DNA from: an uncultured Bacilli bacterium
Lineage (GTDB): Bacteria; Bacillota_I; Bacilli_A; RF39; UBA660
Direction: 5' to 3'
NCBI GenBank assembly: GCA_904420615.1
Contig: CAJFVY010000018.1
Location: 1-51,741, forward strand
DNA length: 51,741 nt
Position 1 is the first letter of the stretch; each line of letters begins with the position of its first letter. The notes beneath the pieces were generated by a model. That model ran no database searches. It saw only the letters and a list, made by a program, of their open reading frames with translations, and was not told where the DNA came from. Position numbers and translations under genes: made by a program. Below, piece by piece: positions 26,186 through 35,304 of the stretch.

Positions 26186-27976
26186 CTAGAATCCTCCTCC
26201 ACTACCAAATGATTCTAATTCTTCTTTTGTTACAATAACATTTATACGCATTCTACGAGAGCCACAAACAAACAAAGCCTCTCCTTGAGAATATCGTTTA
26301 ATACTTTCTTTTTCATTATCATTTAAATCAATTAACAATGATAAATCTTCCACTGCTTGTTTTCTTAAACCCATTACCAAATAATAAGAGGAATTATCGA
26401 AAATAGCTTTACCTTGAGTAATTACATCTGGGCCTGAGAAATCACTAGGCTGTTGTGTAATAATAATGGTTCCAGTATTATATTTACGAGCACGTCTTTG
26501 TACTTGTGCTAAGAAGTCAGCTCCTTGTTGATTATTGCCACTAAGTAATACATGTGCTTCATCAACCATTAAAACAGTATTTACATCCACATCTAAACAT
26601 AATCCCCAAGCATATTTAAGTACATTAAAGAATAAAGCATTACGAATATTAGTATCTGAATTCATAAACTCTTTAATATTAAATACAATAAAATCACTTT
26701 GTGGTGCAATGGTTGTTTTACCATCAAAATAGAACTTTAATTCTCTTGTTAATGGTCTAATCTTAAGTTCCAAGCGTTGCATAATATCTTTTTCACGTGT
26801 TTGCTCCGTCATAGACATTAATCTTCCTTTTACTGTAGCATAAACATCTGTAAAAGTCGGATAGTCATTACTAGTAAACTTAGAAAAATCAGTATTAAAA
26901 TCAATACCAAAACGTTTATAAGTATCTTGTAATACTTCACTAAATAGTGTTAAAACATCTTCCTCAATAGATGGATCATAATACTTCATAAAGGCTCTTA
27001 ACGATTGAATCGTTCTAGTTAAAATAGTATAACCAAGCCCTTGTTTGATTTCTTCATCATCAGCATCAATTACAACTTCAAGTGGATTAATCATTCCGAA
27101 TTCTCCACCCTTACCAATATCGATAACATCTCCACCAAAAGAGCGTGTCATTTCCTCTAATTCATTTTCAGGGTCAATTGCCACAATTTGACAACCATTT
27201 CGAATATGACTTCTTAAAATTAGTTTAGCTGCAGTTGATTTACCACTTCCTGAAGTACCAAGAATAATCATATTAGCATTATTTCTATTATTTTCTTTAC
27301 GAATTTGATATAAAAATTGATTAAATAGAATAACTCCACCAGAAAAGTCTACCCCAAGTAAAACAGAAAGTCCTGGATCTTTAATACTATCAAAGATAAA
27401 AGGATACATAGCTGCAATAGTTGGAGATGGAATTGGAGTACCAACTCTTTGCTCAATATCTTGACTAGGAAAGATTGGTAAAATACTTTTTAGTACTTTT
27501 TCCTGCTCAAAACGTAATGAAACAGCCCTAAGTTCCATTGCATCTAAATAGTTTTTAACATTTACTTTTCTTAACTCTAAATCTTCTCTAGTATCTGCAG
27601 TTATCATAATATGCATTTGAAAGTCAAAAATCTTTGATTGACTACTAGCAAGCATAGATACAAAATACTCCAAACTTTCAGCATCTTGTCTAATACGTTC
27701 CTTTGCTGTTTGATCTTTCTCATCACGATATTTTTCTCTTAAATCAGCAACTTGTCTATTAATCATCTTAGACATAGATGAAAAAGGAACTGGAATATGC
27801 TTGATAACAATTTTAATACCACTATTAGAAGTTAGGGAAGCTAAATAACCTGGAGCAATATATCTAGGATAAGAGATCACTGTCAAAATAGTTGCATACT
27901 TATCACTAATAAAGAAATCACTGGCATTAAAGCTAAGTCCCTTAGGAGCTAATTGACTTTTTATACTAATACTCAT
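26186..27976 (-). CDS. virB4: VirB4-family ATPase, C-terminal (ATPase) part
   Basis: 596 aa. Walker A MIILGTSGSGKSTAAK, Walker B VLMVDEAHVLL, IIITQQPSDF motif. Its start overlaps the preceding stop as ATGA. Confidence 0.85.
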   Translation of the reverse strand: MSISIKSQLAPKGLSFNASDFFISDKYATILTVISYPRYIAPGYLASLTSNSGIKIVIKHIPVPFSSMSKMINRQVADLREKYRDEKDQTAKERIRQDAESLEYFVSMLASSQSKIFDFQMHIMITADTREDLELRKVNVKNYLDAMELRAVSLRFEQEKVLKSILPIFPSQDIEQRVGTPIPSPTIAAMYPFIFDSIKDPGLSVLLGVDFSGGVILFNQFLYQIRKENNRNNANMIILGTSGSGKSTAAKLILRSHIRNGCQIVAIDPENELEEMTRSFGGDVIDIGKGGEFGMINPLEVVIDADDEEIKQGLGYTILTRTIQSLRAFMKYYDPSIEEDVLTLFSEVLQDTYKRFGIDFNTDFSKFTSNDYPTFTDVYATVKGRLMSMTEQTREKDIMQRLELKIRPLTRELKFYFDGKTTIAPQSDFIVFNIKEFMNSDTNIRNALFFNVLKYAWGLCLDVDVNTVLMVDEAHVLLSGNNQQGADFLAQVQRRARKYNTGTIIITQQPSDFSGPDVITQGKAIFDNSSYYLVMGLRKQAVEDLSLLIDLNDNEKESIKRYSQGEALFVCGSRRMRINVIVTKEELESFGSGGGF

Positions 27977-28521
27977 GAAGGCATCACCGTCCCAAATTCT
28001 GTAGAAACTCCTCCATTCAAGAAGTTTTCTAATACAATTCTTAAATCATCATTGCTAACTTGTGAAGCATTTAAACCACAACCTGCCAAACCATTAATTA
28101 ATAGACGAATTCGTTTTTGTAATACATCCTCATTAGCATCCCTAAATAAAATGTAATATTCTGTATCAACAATATTATTACTCATAAAACTATTTCCTTT
28201 TTCAATATCTTGTAAAATAATTTTTCTAATAGCTGGTGATTGAGTATCATTATAAAGTAATTGTAATTGTGACATATAAACAGAAATATCAACTGGTCTA
28301 TCTGCTACAACCAACCAAAATTCAAAATCAATCATATTATAAAAGTTTTTTAAACTAATTAAAATATTATCTTGAGCTTGAGCATCAAGAATAAAAATAT
28401 TTCTAGGTGCGATTTTAACACCTGTGACTTTTTGTTTGTTGGAACAAATAATCATTCCATTACGAATACCTTCTACTGGTAACCAATCTTCTGTATATTG
28501 ACTACTTATTTTCTTGGCCAT
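27973..28521 (-). CDS. Separate ORF resembling the N-terminal domain of Gram-positive VirB4
   Basis: 182 aa. DWLPVEGIRNGMII...VTGVKIAPRNIFILD resembles the N-terminus of PrgJ/Orf16-type VirB4. The combined length of 182+596 aa matches single-chain homologues. Confidence 0.5.
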   Translation of the reverse strand: MAKKISSQYTEDWLPVEGIRNGMIICSNKQKVTGVKIAPRNIFILDAQAQDNILISLKNFYNMIDFEFWLVVADRPVDISVYMSQLQLLYNDTQSPAIRKIILQDIEKGNSFMSNNIVDTEYYILFRDANEDVLQKRIRLLINGLAGCGLNASQVSNDDLRIVLENFLNGGVSTEFGTVMPS

Positions 28522-28816
28522 CGTTATAGCACCAACCTTTCCATTTATATTTACGACGATTTGTCAAAAAAGAATAACACTCCATAATAACTGTTAATAC
28601 ATTGTGATAATTAGGAATTGGAATAATAAGAAATCCACAAATTGCTGCCGGTAATATAACTATAATAACTTGCCATGTAGTAGACATAGGCATAATAAGC
28701 AACATAATTAAGGTAGTAATTACTCCTATCGAGAATAAAATTAAGTCAAAGGGGCGAAAGATTCCTAAAATTAAATTGCCCCTTTTTGTATTTGCTGGTA
28801 TTAAATAATTATTCAT
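28502..28816 (-). CDS. PrgI/VirB3-like small membrane protein
   Basis: 104 aa with two TM helices. The N-terminal NTKRGNLILGIFRPFDLILF pattern fits. Lies immediately upstream of VirB4, as in Gram-positive T4SS. Confidence 0.55.
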   Translation of the reverse strand: MNNYLIPANTKRGNLILGIFRPFDLILFSIGVITTLIMLLIMPMSTTWQVIIVILPAAICGFLIIPIPNYHNVLTVIMECYSFLTNRRKYKWKGWCYNDGQENK

Positions 28817-28837
28817 TACTTAGTATCACACTCCTTA

Positions 28838-30946
28838 TTAAGGTCTACCTAGAGGTGGTCCGCCACCTGGTCTTGGACCTCCACCACCATGTGGCCCATG
28901 ATCATGCAAATCAATGTTAGCTGCATATAAATCAGTATCACCATCATTAGCTGTATTTCCACTAGAAGCATCCGGATTAAATGGTTGCCGTCTTGTATAT
29001 GTTTCTGGACGAACAGTAGTAGTACTTCTGAATTCCTTTGCATCTTTAATTAGATCTTGCTGTTCACTAACTGCCCTTTGAGCCTCTATAACTTGTTTAT
29101 TGATATCAGCGTAATCATTATATAACTTATTACGATTATATCGCTCACTGAATTCTTTATATAAATCTGGTTGCCTTGCTTTAAAGAAACCTTCAGAAGT
29201 TGAATCTATAAACTGTCCAGTCTTAGGATTTACATATTGAGCAACACCACTAGAATTCATAAAATTAGCAAAGTTTTCATTTGAATCAGCGCTACTTACA
29301 TTAGCTTGTTTCATACGATTTCCCAGCATTTCTTTCTGTAATTGTAAATTAGATAATTCATCTTCTCTATCTTTTAAAATTCGTTTGGCCTCACTCATAC
29401 TTTCGTCATTTACACCATACCGAGAAGCTAAATTATTTCCAGACCACCGATGCAAAAATCCTCTTGCGCCACCCTCTGCATCTTTATCACCAGTAATTTT
29501 TTTAATAATATTATCCCGTGCCATACTATATTGTCTAAAGGGTTGCCCAGATTTTTGTTGAGTATAAGCTTCGTTGGCAGCATTAGCAGAATCAAAAGCT
29601 GCTGAAGCAGCCGCTGCGCCACCGCCTCTAAGACCTCCTAAGCCTCCTAAAACAGCTGATAATCCAATATTACTCATAGGAGCCCCCTTTATACCTAGAA
29701 CTTGTCTTAGAAAAGCAGGTGCTTGTTTCATAAAGAATAAAACACCAATAATTAAAAATACTGTAGCAAACAATCCTTCAGCAGCACCAATACTAAAAGC
29801 ATCTCCTAAATTGATTCCGCCTGTAGCGATCTGTTGAATACAAAAAGCCCCAAAATAAATAATCATAAGTCTTACAAATAAATCAAGATAAGTAGATACT
29901 AATACTTTTACCCAATTATTAAATGCTCCTTCGTCTTTTCCCTTAGGATCAATATAACTAATAATTGGAATAGGAGCAATTAATCTTAAAAGAGCTAGTT
30001 TAATCGAACGTACAGCAACATCTACTGTAAATCCTAAAATAATAATAATCATAATTACAGAACAAATAAGACCACCTAGTGGCATATAGTTGAATGCATA
30101 TGCTGCATTACGTGCACCAAAAGTCGCATCCCATAAATTTCCCTCAACATGCGAACCATTTTCATCACAATTAAGATTTACTATATTCGCGACTGTGAGA
30201 CCATTAAATTCATCGCTCATATAGTCCGAGTCAGCTACTTGTGTTGGGCATATTACATTAGGACAAGGATCATTTTCATCATAATCTTCATCACTACTAT
30301 TCTTACAAAATGGTTGAGTATTATCCTTTACAGCAGGCTGAACAAAAGCTCTTGCTACTGTAGCAATCATAGCTTCACCTGGATTCAGCTGATAATCTTC
30401 TATATACGTTTCTGGATCATTAGGATCCCTAGTATTTGCAGCAGTACCTAATATCAATTTTCCAATAATATTTTCTCTCATCATACTATCCTGAAATTTA
30501 TATAAATAACCAAATAAGATACCATTACTAGCAATTTTCGCCTCTAAACTATTGTCACTGGGATCAGGAATAGTACCTGTAGTATTAATGGGAATAATCA
30601 AAAGTAATAAAAAAAGTGAAACAACAACACGTGTAACAATCTTAGAAAGTCCTTTTTGATTATCTTTTATACTATCTGGATTAATAATAACATTAATAAT
30701 AGATAATGCTAATTTAAACATCATAAAAACACCCAAAATCAATTGGATTCTTTGATAAAAACCAACTACAACACTAGCTGAAAGAATTTCTGCAGATGCT
30801 ACAGAAAAAAAGATATTATAAACAAATGCTAATATATTATAGCCTAGGCCATCTAAAAAAGCTAATAAAGAGCGTCCAAAATCCATAAAATTACCAGCCA
30901 GGCCGGCAGGTCTTGTTTGGGCAGCTGTTGCTAAAATATTTATCAT
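28838..30946 (-). CDS. VirB6/TrbL-like polytopic channel protein with coiled-coil and Gly/Pro tail
   Basis: 702 aa with at least six hydrophobic helices. It has a Cys- and acid-rich loop, a Gly/Ala-rich segment GGLGGLRGGGAAAASAAF, and a C-terminus HGPHGGGGPRPGGGPPLGRP. Position is upstream of VirB3/VirB4. Confidence 0.6.
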   Translation of the reverse strand: MINILATAAQTRPAGLAGNFMDFGRSLLAFLDGLGYNILAFVYNIFFSVASAEILSASVVVGFYQRIQLILGVFMMFKLALSIINVIINPDSIKDNQKGLSKIVTRVVVSLFLLLLIIPINTTGTIPDPSDNSLEAKIASNGILFGYLYKFQDSMMRENIIGKLILGTAANTRDPNDPETYIEDYQLNPGEAMIATVARAFVQPAVKDNTQPFCKNSSDEDYDENDPCPNVICPTQVADSDYMSDEFNGLTVANIVNLNCDENGSHVEGNLWDATFGARNAAYAFNYMPLGGLICSVIMIIIILGFTVDVAVRSIKLALLRLIAPIPIISYIDPKGKDEGAFNNWVKVLVSTYLDLFVRLMIIYFGAFCIQQIATGGINLGDAFSIGAAEGLFATVFLIIGVLFFMKQAPAFLRQVLGIKGAPMSNIGLSAVLGGLGGLRGGGAAAASAAFDSANAANEAYTQQKSGQPFRQYSMARDNIIKKITGDKDAEGGARGFLHRWSGNNLASRYGVNDESMSEAKRILKDREDELSNLQLQKEMLGNRMKQANVSSADSNENFANFMNSSGVAQYVNPKTGQFIDSTSEGFFKARQPDLYKEFSERYNRNKLYNDYADINKQVIEAQRAVSEQQDLIKDAKEFRSTTTVRPETYTRRQPFNPDASSGNTANDGDTDLYAANIDLHDHGPHGGGGPRPGGGPPLGRP

Positions 30947-30991
30947 AAAACACCTACTTTCTACAAATAGTTCTTTACATAATAATTAGAA

Positions 30992-32179
30992 TTATTGTAT
31001 TCCACATGTTGGGTTACTAATTCCCAAAAATACATTTAATATTAATTGTACTATAAGCGGTATTAAAAACAGTGCTATGGCTGCAATTAATCTAATAATA
31101 AATTTGGATTGAACACTTTGCATTAGTTTTTCATCAGATGACATAATAGCTTTAATAAAATCTATAGCACTTAATAGTATTACCGCAATTGGACCGAATA
31201 TTTTAATATAATTTAATATTCGTTGTAAGATCCAGCCAACTGATCCTTCTTCCATAACAAATAAATTCTCACAACCAATTTTTTGATTAAAGTCCATTGT
31301 TTCATCATAATGGCTAACTGGATCACTAGCAGCAACAGCAATATAATTATAAGGATACATAAGACCATCATTTCCTTGATAATAAACATAATATGGATCA
31401 TTACCTTTTTCATAAGGATTTGATATACAATACTTATAATCAGATATTACATCACTGCCATTTATCATTTGTTCATGATAAGTCAACCAACCACTATAAG
31501 CACAATTATCTCTTGGATCCAAATCTGAATATTTAAAATCATTTGTTTGCTCAGCCTTAACATGATATACAGTCAACAAATTAGTATATGAATATGCATT
31601 AGCATCAATATTTTTATTTGAAATAAAGATATTAAAATCTGAATTTTCTCTATAAATATCTGCAACATATACATACTGTGGACACTGAGAAAAATCATAA
31701 TTTTCAGTACTAGATACATATGATGGAAAAGTAACAGTTCTTGATATATATACTTTATTATCAATAGTAAGAGGTGAATCTACATTTTTAAAACCATCTT
31801 CTGTATTGAAATCATAATCATTAACATACACATTTGGATCTATTGAAAATGAAAAATTATAATTTTGATTCCAATTTTTTACTTCATACGTATCATTTTC
31901 ATCATTAAGTGAAGCACCAAAGAATTCGAATAAAGTTGCATCAATCTTAGTTAAAGTATCATTTTCTCTATCATCAGGTCCATAGAGATTAATAGAAAGT
32001 TTAGCACTGGTTACTCCCACATCATCACTAACCATTGGTTCAATTGGTAGTGGTGTCTTATAAGTATATGTATATTCACACGTATTTCTTAGAGTATCAG
32101 CCTCTACAAAATTGGGCATAACAAAGTAACAAAAAACAAAAATAAAGAAAAAAGATTTTATTAGTATTTTAGCGCGCAT
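30992..32179 (-). CDS. Secreted ~300-aa domain fused to a C-terminal VirB2-like membrane hairpin
   Basis: 395 aa. Signal peptide ...NFVEA/DT. The C-terminal ~70 aa is paralogous to ORF 32358-32678 (ID..KA..SSDEK....QSK.I.R.I.A.A.F). Confidence 0.6.
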   Translation of the reverse strand: MRAKILIKSFFFIFVFCYFVMPNFVEADTLRNTCEYTYTYKTPLPIEPMVSDDVGVTSAKLSINLYGPDDRENDTLTKIDATLFEFFGASLNDENDTYEVKNWNQNYNFSFSIDPNVYVNDYDFNTEDGFKNVDSPLTIDNKVYISRTVTFPSYVSSTENYDFSQCPQYVYVADIYRENSDFNIFISNKNIDANAYSYTNLLTVYHVKAEQTNDFKYSDLDPRDNCAYSGWLTYHEQMINGSDVISDYKYCISNPYEKGNDPYYVYYQGNDGLMYPYNYIAVAASDPVSHYDETMDFNQKIGCENLFVMEEGSVGWILQRILNYIKIFGPIAVILLSAIDFIKAIMSSDEKLMQSVQSKFIIRLIAAIALFLIPLIVQLILNVFLGISNPTCGIQ

Positions 32180-32304
32180 AATTCAACTCCACCTTAATCA
32201 AATCAAGTATATCAAAAATAATAGAAAATAGCAATCTTAAATATTCGATACGAAACTGAACTCATACTAAATTCATTTTGATTTTCATATTATTTTTAAA
32301 TAAC

Positions 32305-32335
32305 ATAAAAAGCACTAAATTCCCATTCAGTACTT
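32305..32335 (-). terminator. Weak hairpin/attenuator after the VirB2-like gene
   Basis: Minus-strand RNA AAGUACU-(12 nt)-AGUGCUU forms a 7-bp stem with one G-U pair, followed by UUUUAU. It sits in the only sizeable gap (178 nt) of the operon. Confidence 0.4.
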
Positions 32336-32357
32336 TATCTTTTATAAAATTATTTTT

Positions 32358-32678
32358 CTAATTTTTAATACTATCCCAACAAGTCCACCATGTTCCCATA
32401 TCACCAGCATTTTGATCTACTGTAACTTTTGAAATTGTATTAAATAGTAAATTCACAATAGTAACTACAAAGAAGATTGCAACAGCATAAATACAACGTT
32501 TAATTAGTTTACTTTGTGCTTCCTTAACTTGTTTTTCATCTGATGAAATAACAGCTTTACCTAAGTCAATGGTACCAAGTACAATCAAAATGATGGGAAT
32601 ACCAATTTGAATAATTGGAAATACTCCAAGTTTTATAATTCTAACAAGAAATCCTAATCCTCCGCAAGCATCTACCAT
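32358..32678 (-). CDS. VirB2/TrbC-like pilin-type small membrane protein
   Basis: 106 aa from the ATG at 32678, with AGGAG 8 nt upstream. Two TM helices are separated by the charged loop DLGKAVISSDEKQVKEAQSKLIKR. Confidence 0.5.
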   Translation of the reverse strand: MVDACGGLGFLVRIIKLGVFPIIQIGIPIILIVLGTIDLGKAVISSDEKQVKEAQSKLIKRCIYAVAIFFVVTIVNLLFNTISKVTVDQNAGDMGTWWTCWDSIKN

Positions 32679-32734
32679 ACATATCACTCCTCACTTAATA
32701 ACTTAATCATATAGTAATTTTTTATTTTTGTCAA

Positions 32735-33715
32735 TTAATTCCTTTTAAATAAACCAAATATTTTACCATCTGATTTATTATCTTTATTTTGGACTATTCC
32801 TAATTTACCAAGAAAAGTCGCTAAAGCTGGATTTTTAGCTCGATCATTTAATGGTGGAATACTATAAAATACTTTTGTTTTTCCTTCATATTCAAAATCC
32901 ATAATATCACTATTAGATAATAAACTCTTATTTAAAATAATCTTCTTACCTTTTAACTCTTCCAATACTCGTCTATTTCTTCTCATCATTTTATTTAATT
33001 TAATAATAGAAGGTTCAATTAGATAAAGAACATCGCCACAAACGCCTTCATTATTTGAATCATTTAAGTCGATCAAAATAATAGCTGCATCTTTATGCTT
33101 TACTACTTCAGTCATCAAGTCTTGATCATTCACTGACACCATATTTCTATCATTAAAATAAAGAAAATCATGGCGATTTACTTCAATAGCTGTAACGCTC
33201 ATCCCATAAGTCTGCTCTAACTCTTTCTTTAAAAGATAAATTAAAGTAGTACTTCCAGCATGATCTGTAATATTTTTAATACCAATGATTCTAGAACCTG
33301 CTACTACTTTGGCATTTATCGTAGTAGATAAATCATTTAATTGTTGAATATGAGCTACATCTTTATAAGTATTGGGATGCTCTAAGAAGTATTTTACGCC
33401 ATCAAGATTTGTTGTAAAGTTATAAATGCCCATAGAAATAATCTTGGACAAATAACTACTAGACGTTGAAATTTCATTATTAGGAAGTACCAAAATAATT
33501 TTATCAGCATCTAATCCCATTGATATTTTTTGTAAGTTAGTAATATCGTTATAATTTTCAATAGCTGTAATATCTAAAATCATTCTGGCATAAAAGAAAT
33601 TTTTAAACATGTCAACTAATTCATCAGCAGTATGAACTCCATCTACACTTTTAATAATGTCTATATCTAATTCGCTTAACATGGATTTTGCTTCATTAGC
33701 AACTATTACATTCAT
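32735..33715 (-). CDS. TadZ/CpaE-like protein: receiver-like N-domain plus ParA/MinD-like domain with degenerate P-loop
   Basis: 326 aa. The N-terminal ~120 aa is receiver-shaped (MNVIVANEA...DKIILVLP). The C-terminal part has IIGIKNITDHAGSTTLIYLL where MinD/ParA proteins carry G-K-G-G-x-G-K-T. Confidence 0.45.
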   Translation of the reverse strand: MNVIVANEAKSMLSELDIDIIKSVDGVHTADELVDMFKNFFYARMILDITAIENYNDITNLQKISMGLDADKIILVLPNNEISTSSSYLSKIISMGIYNFTTNLDGVKYFLEHPNTYKDVAHIQQLNDLSTTINAKVVAGSRIIGIKNITDHAGSTTLIYLLKKELEQTYGMSVTAIEVNRHDFLYFNDRNMVSVNDQDLMTEVVKHKDAAIILIDLNDSNNEGVCGDVLYLIEPSIIKLNKMMRRNRRVLEELKGKKIILNKSLLSNSDIMDFEYEGKTKVFYSIPPLNDRAKNPALATFLGKLGIVQNKDNKSDGKIFGLFKRN

Positions 33716-33735
33716 CTTTTACACCATCTTTCTTT

Positions 33736-34197
33736 TTAGCGTTCATAAATTGTTGTGGTTTCACCTGATACTTGTAAATAATTACCTAATGGTAAAAACC
33801 TATTGAGAAATGGAATATTAATATTAACAAAGGTAACTACCTGATAATATGTGCCACGGTAATTACCACTATTCTTATTTCCGCTGACATTAATAGCATG
33901 AACACAGTATCCTGCAGTCCTATCACACGTATATTCACTAGGATCTAAGCCGTCAAAAACAGAAGTTTCATCAAAGTAATCAGCTGGTACATAGTAATTC
34001 ATTCTTTGTACATATGATGCTATTTGCGATTGAGCATTTGTTGTATATCCTTCTGATTGTTCAATAATATCAATAATCCCATTTTTAACCCGGAAAGCCC
34101 TCGTATAATTTACAGAATAAGCCAAATAACCATTAATCAACAATACAAATGCTAAAATTATTTGGAGTGCAAATGCTCCACCAACAGCTTCTCTCAT
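33736..34197 (-). CDS. TadE-like pseudopilin
   Basis: 153 aa. Short polar leader MREAVG followed by a hydrophobic helix GAFALQIILAFVLLINGYLAY. Follows the mini-pilin gene as tadE does in tad loci. Confidence 0.5.
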   Translation of the reverse strand: MREAVGGAFALQIILAFVLLINGYLAYSVNYTRAFRVKNGIIDIIEQSEGYTTNAQSQIASYVQRMNYYVPADYFDETSVFDGLDPSEYTCDRTAGYCVHAINVSGNKNSGNYRGTYYQVVTFVNINIPFLNRFLPLGNYLQVSGETTTIYER

Positions 34198-34286
34198 ACC
34201 TTTAAAACACCCTTCCCAAGCTTTCCGCGTTTTTTTCTTTACTTACTATCTTTTATGCTTTTTATAGCTAATTTATATTTTTTTGA

Positions 34287-34439
34287 TTAACTTCTCTTTT
34301 CATTCGTTGTAGATTCAGTCCACTGATCAGTTACAGTATTCTGAATAGTTGGCCAAAAAGCCCAAAAAAATACTATAATTGCACCAATAATAATGATAGT
34401 AATAACTGTCATATTTAATTCTCCCGTTGCTTCTTTCAT
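34287..34439 (-). CDS. Flp-like mini-pilin (ORF below the track cut-off)
   Basis: My own translation of the minus strand gives MKEATGELNMTVITIIIIGAIIVFFWAFWPTIQNTVTDQWTESTTNEKRS (50 aa). It has a polar leader ending in Gly and a 20-aa hydrophobic helix. An alternative start at M10 has a GGGAG RBS. Confidence 0.55.
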   Translation of the reverse strand: MKEATGELNMTVITIIIIGAIIVFFWAFWPTIQNTVTDQWTESTTNEKRS

Positions 34440-34473
34440 TTAAAAATACACATCCTTTCCTATTATCAAATTT

Positions 34474-34502
34474 ATTATAACAAATATTTTATTTGTTGTA
34501 AC
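34474..34502 (-). promoter_or_regulatory. Possible internal promoter for the mini-pilin gene
   Basis: Minus strand reads GTTACA (34497-34502), a 17-nt spacer, then TGTTATAAT extended -10 (34474-34482), about 35 nt upstream of the ATG. The AT-rich context lowers specificity. Confidence 0.4.
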
Positions 34503-34522
34503 TATTTTTTTTCATTTTTACG

Positions 34523-35302
34523 TCAACCCATCATATTAAACATTGACGACAAAATAACTACCATTGTTCCAAGACCTGTTACAACAAGCATAATCATTGT
34601 CTGTTGTTCCATATGATTTAATCTTTCTTTATATTTCGTTTCACGTGCTTTGTTTTGCAAATTCGAAACAGTTCTTGAAAACATCAATAATCGTTCTTGT
34701 TTTTTTTCTTGTTCTCCAATTCCTAGACGATATAAAAGACGCATCATTCGCATAGAGTCTCTAACTGGATATTCATTCGCAAATTCCATATAAGGATCAA
34801 TACTAGAGTCACCTGAATTAATTTTTTCTATCATTTCTCTTAAACCATGTTTAAATATTTCAGGTGCTGATTCCAAACTTTTACCAATTGCTACTGGTAC
34901 TGTATAATGTTGAATTAAAATCTCTAAGCTCTTTAAATAGTATGGCAACATCAAGTCAATTTCATGCAAGTGAGCCTTATAATACTTTTTTAATTGCGTA
35001 TAAGGAAGTTTAAAAACAAGAAAAGCTATTCCTATTGCTAATGCAACATTTAATAGACTAATAGAATCAAGAAAAATAAACAAAAAGATAAAGGCAACTA
35101 TTACTCCATATTGAATTCTTTTATCAAATAAAACATCTGGTTTTGCATCTTCTCCATATTTTGCTCTTACTAAAAAATCGTAATCATCTTCCCTCAAGAC
35201 ATTAAAATAATGTTTATTATCTTGAATAAATTTCTTACTATCAATCGTTTTATTATAAATTAATACAAACAAGATAATGACAGCAACGAATAACATTTCC
35301 AT
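34523..35302 (-). CDS. TadC-like T2SS-F family inner-membrane platform protein
   Basis: 259 aa. TM1, a TM pair, a cytoplasmic helical domain (AIGKSLESAPEIFKHGLREMIEKINSGDSSIDPYMEFANEY) and a C-terminal TM. This is the T2SSF layout. Confidence 0.6.
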   Translation of the reverse strand: MEMLFVAVIILFVLIYNKTIDSKKFIQDNKHYFNVLREDDYDFLVRAKYGEDAKPDVLFDKRIQYGVIVAFIFLFIFLDSISLLNVALAIGIAFLVFKLPYTQLKKYYKAHLHEIDLMLPYYLKSLEILIQHYTVPVAIGKSLESAPEIFKHGLREMIEKINSGDSSIDPYMEFANEYPVRDSMRMMRLLYRLGIGEQEKKQERLLMFSRTVSNLQNKARETKYKERLNHMEQQTMIMLVVTGLGTMVVILSSMFNMMG

Positions 35303-35304
35303 AA

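Noticed and set aside
28849-29043. Same-strand alternative-frame ORFs inside large genes (also 29428-29622, 31213-31413, 31573-31764, 24135-24350)
   Set aside because: They are nested in other frames of well-supported CDSs. They show no RBS and have repetitive L/M/I composition.
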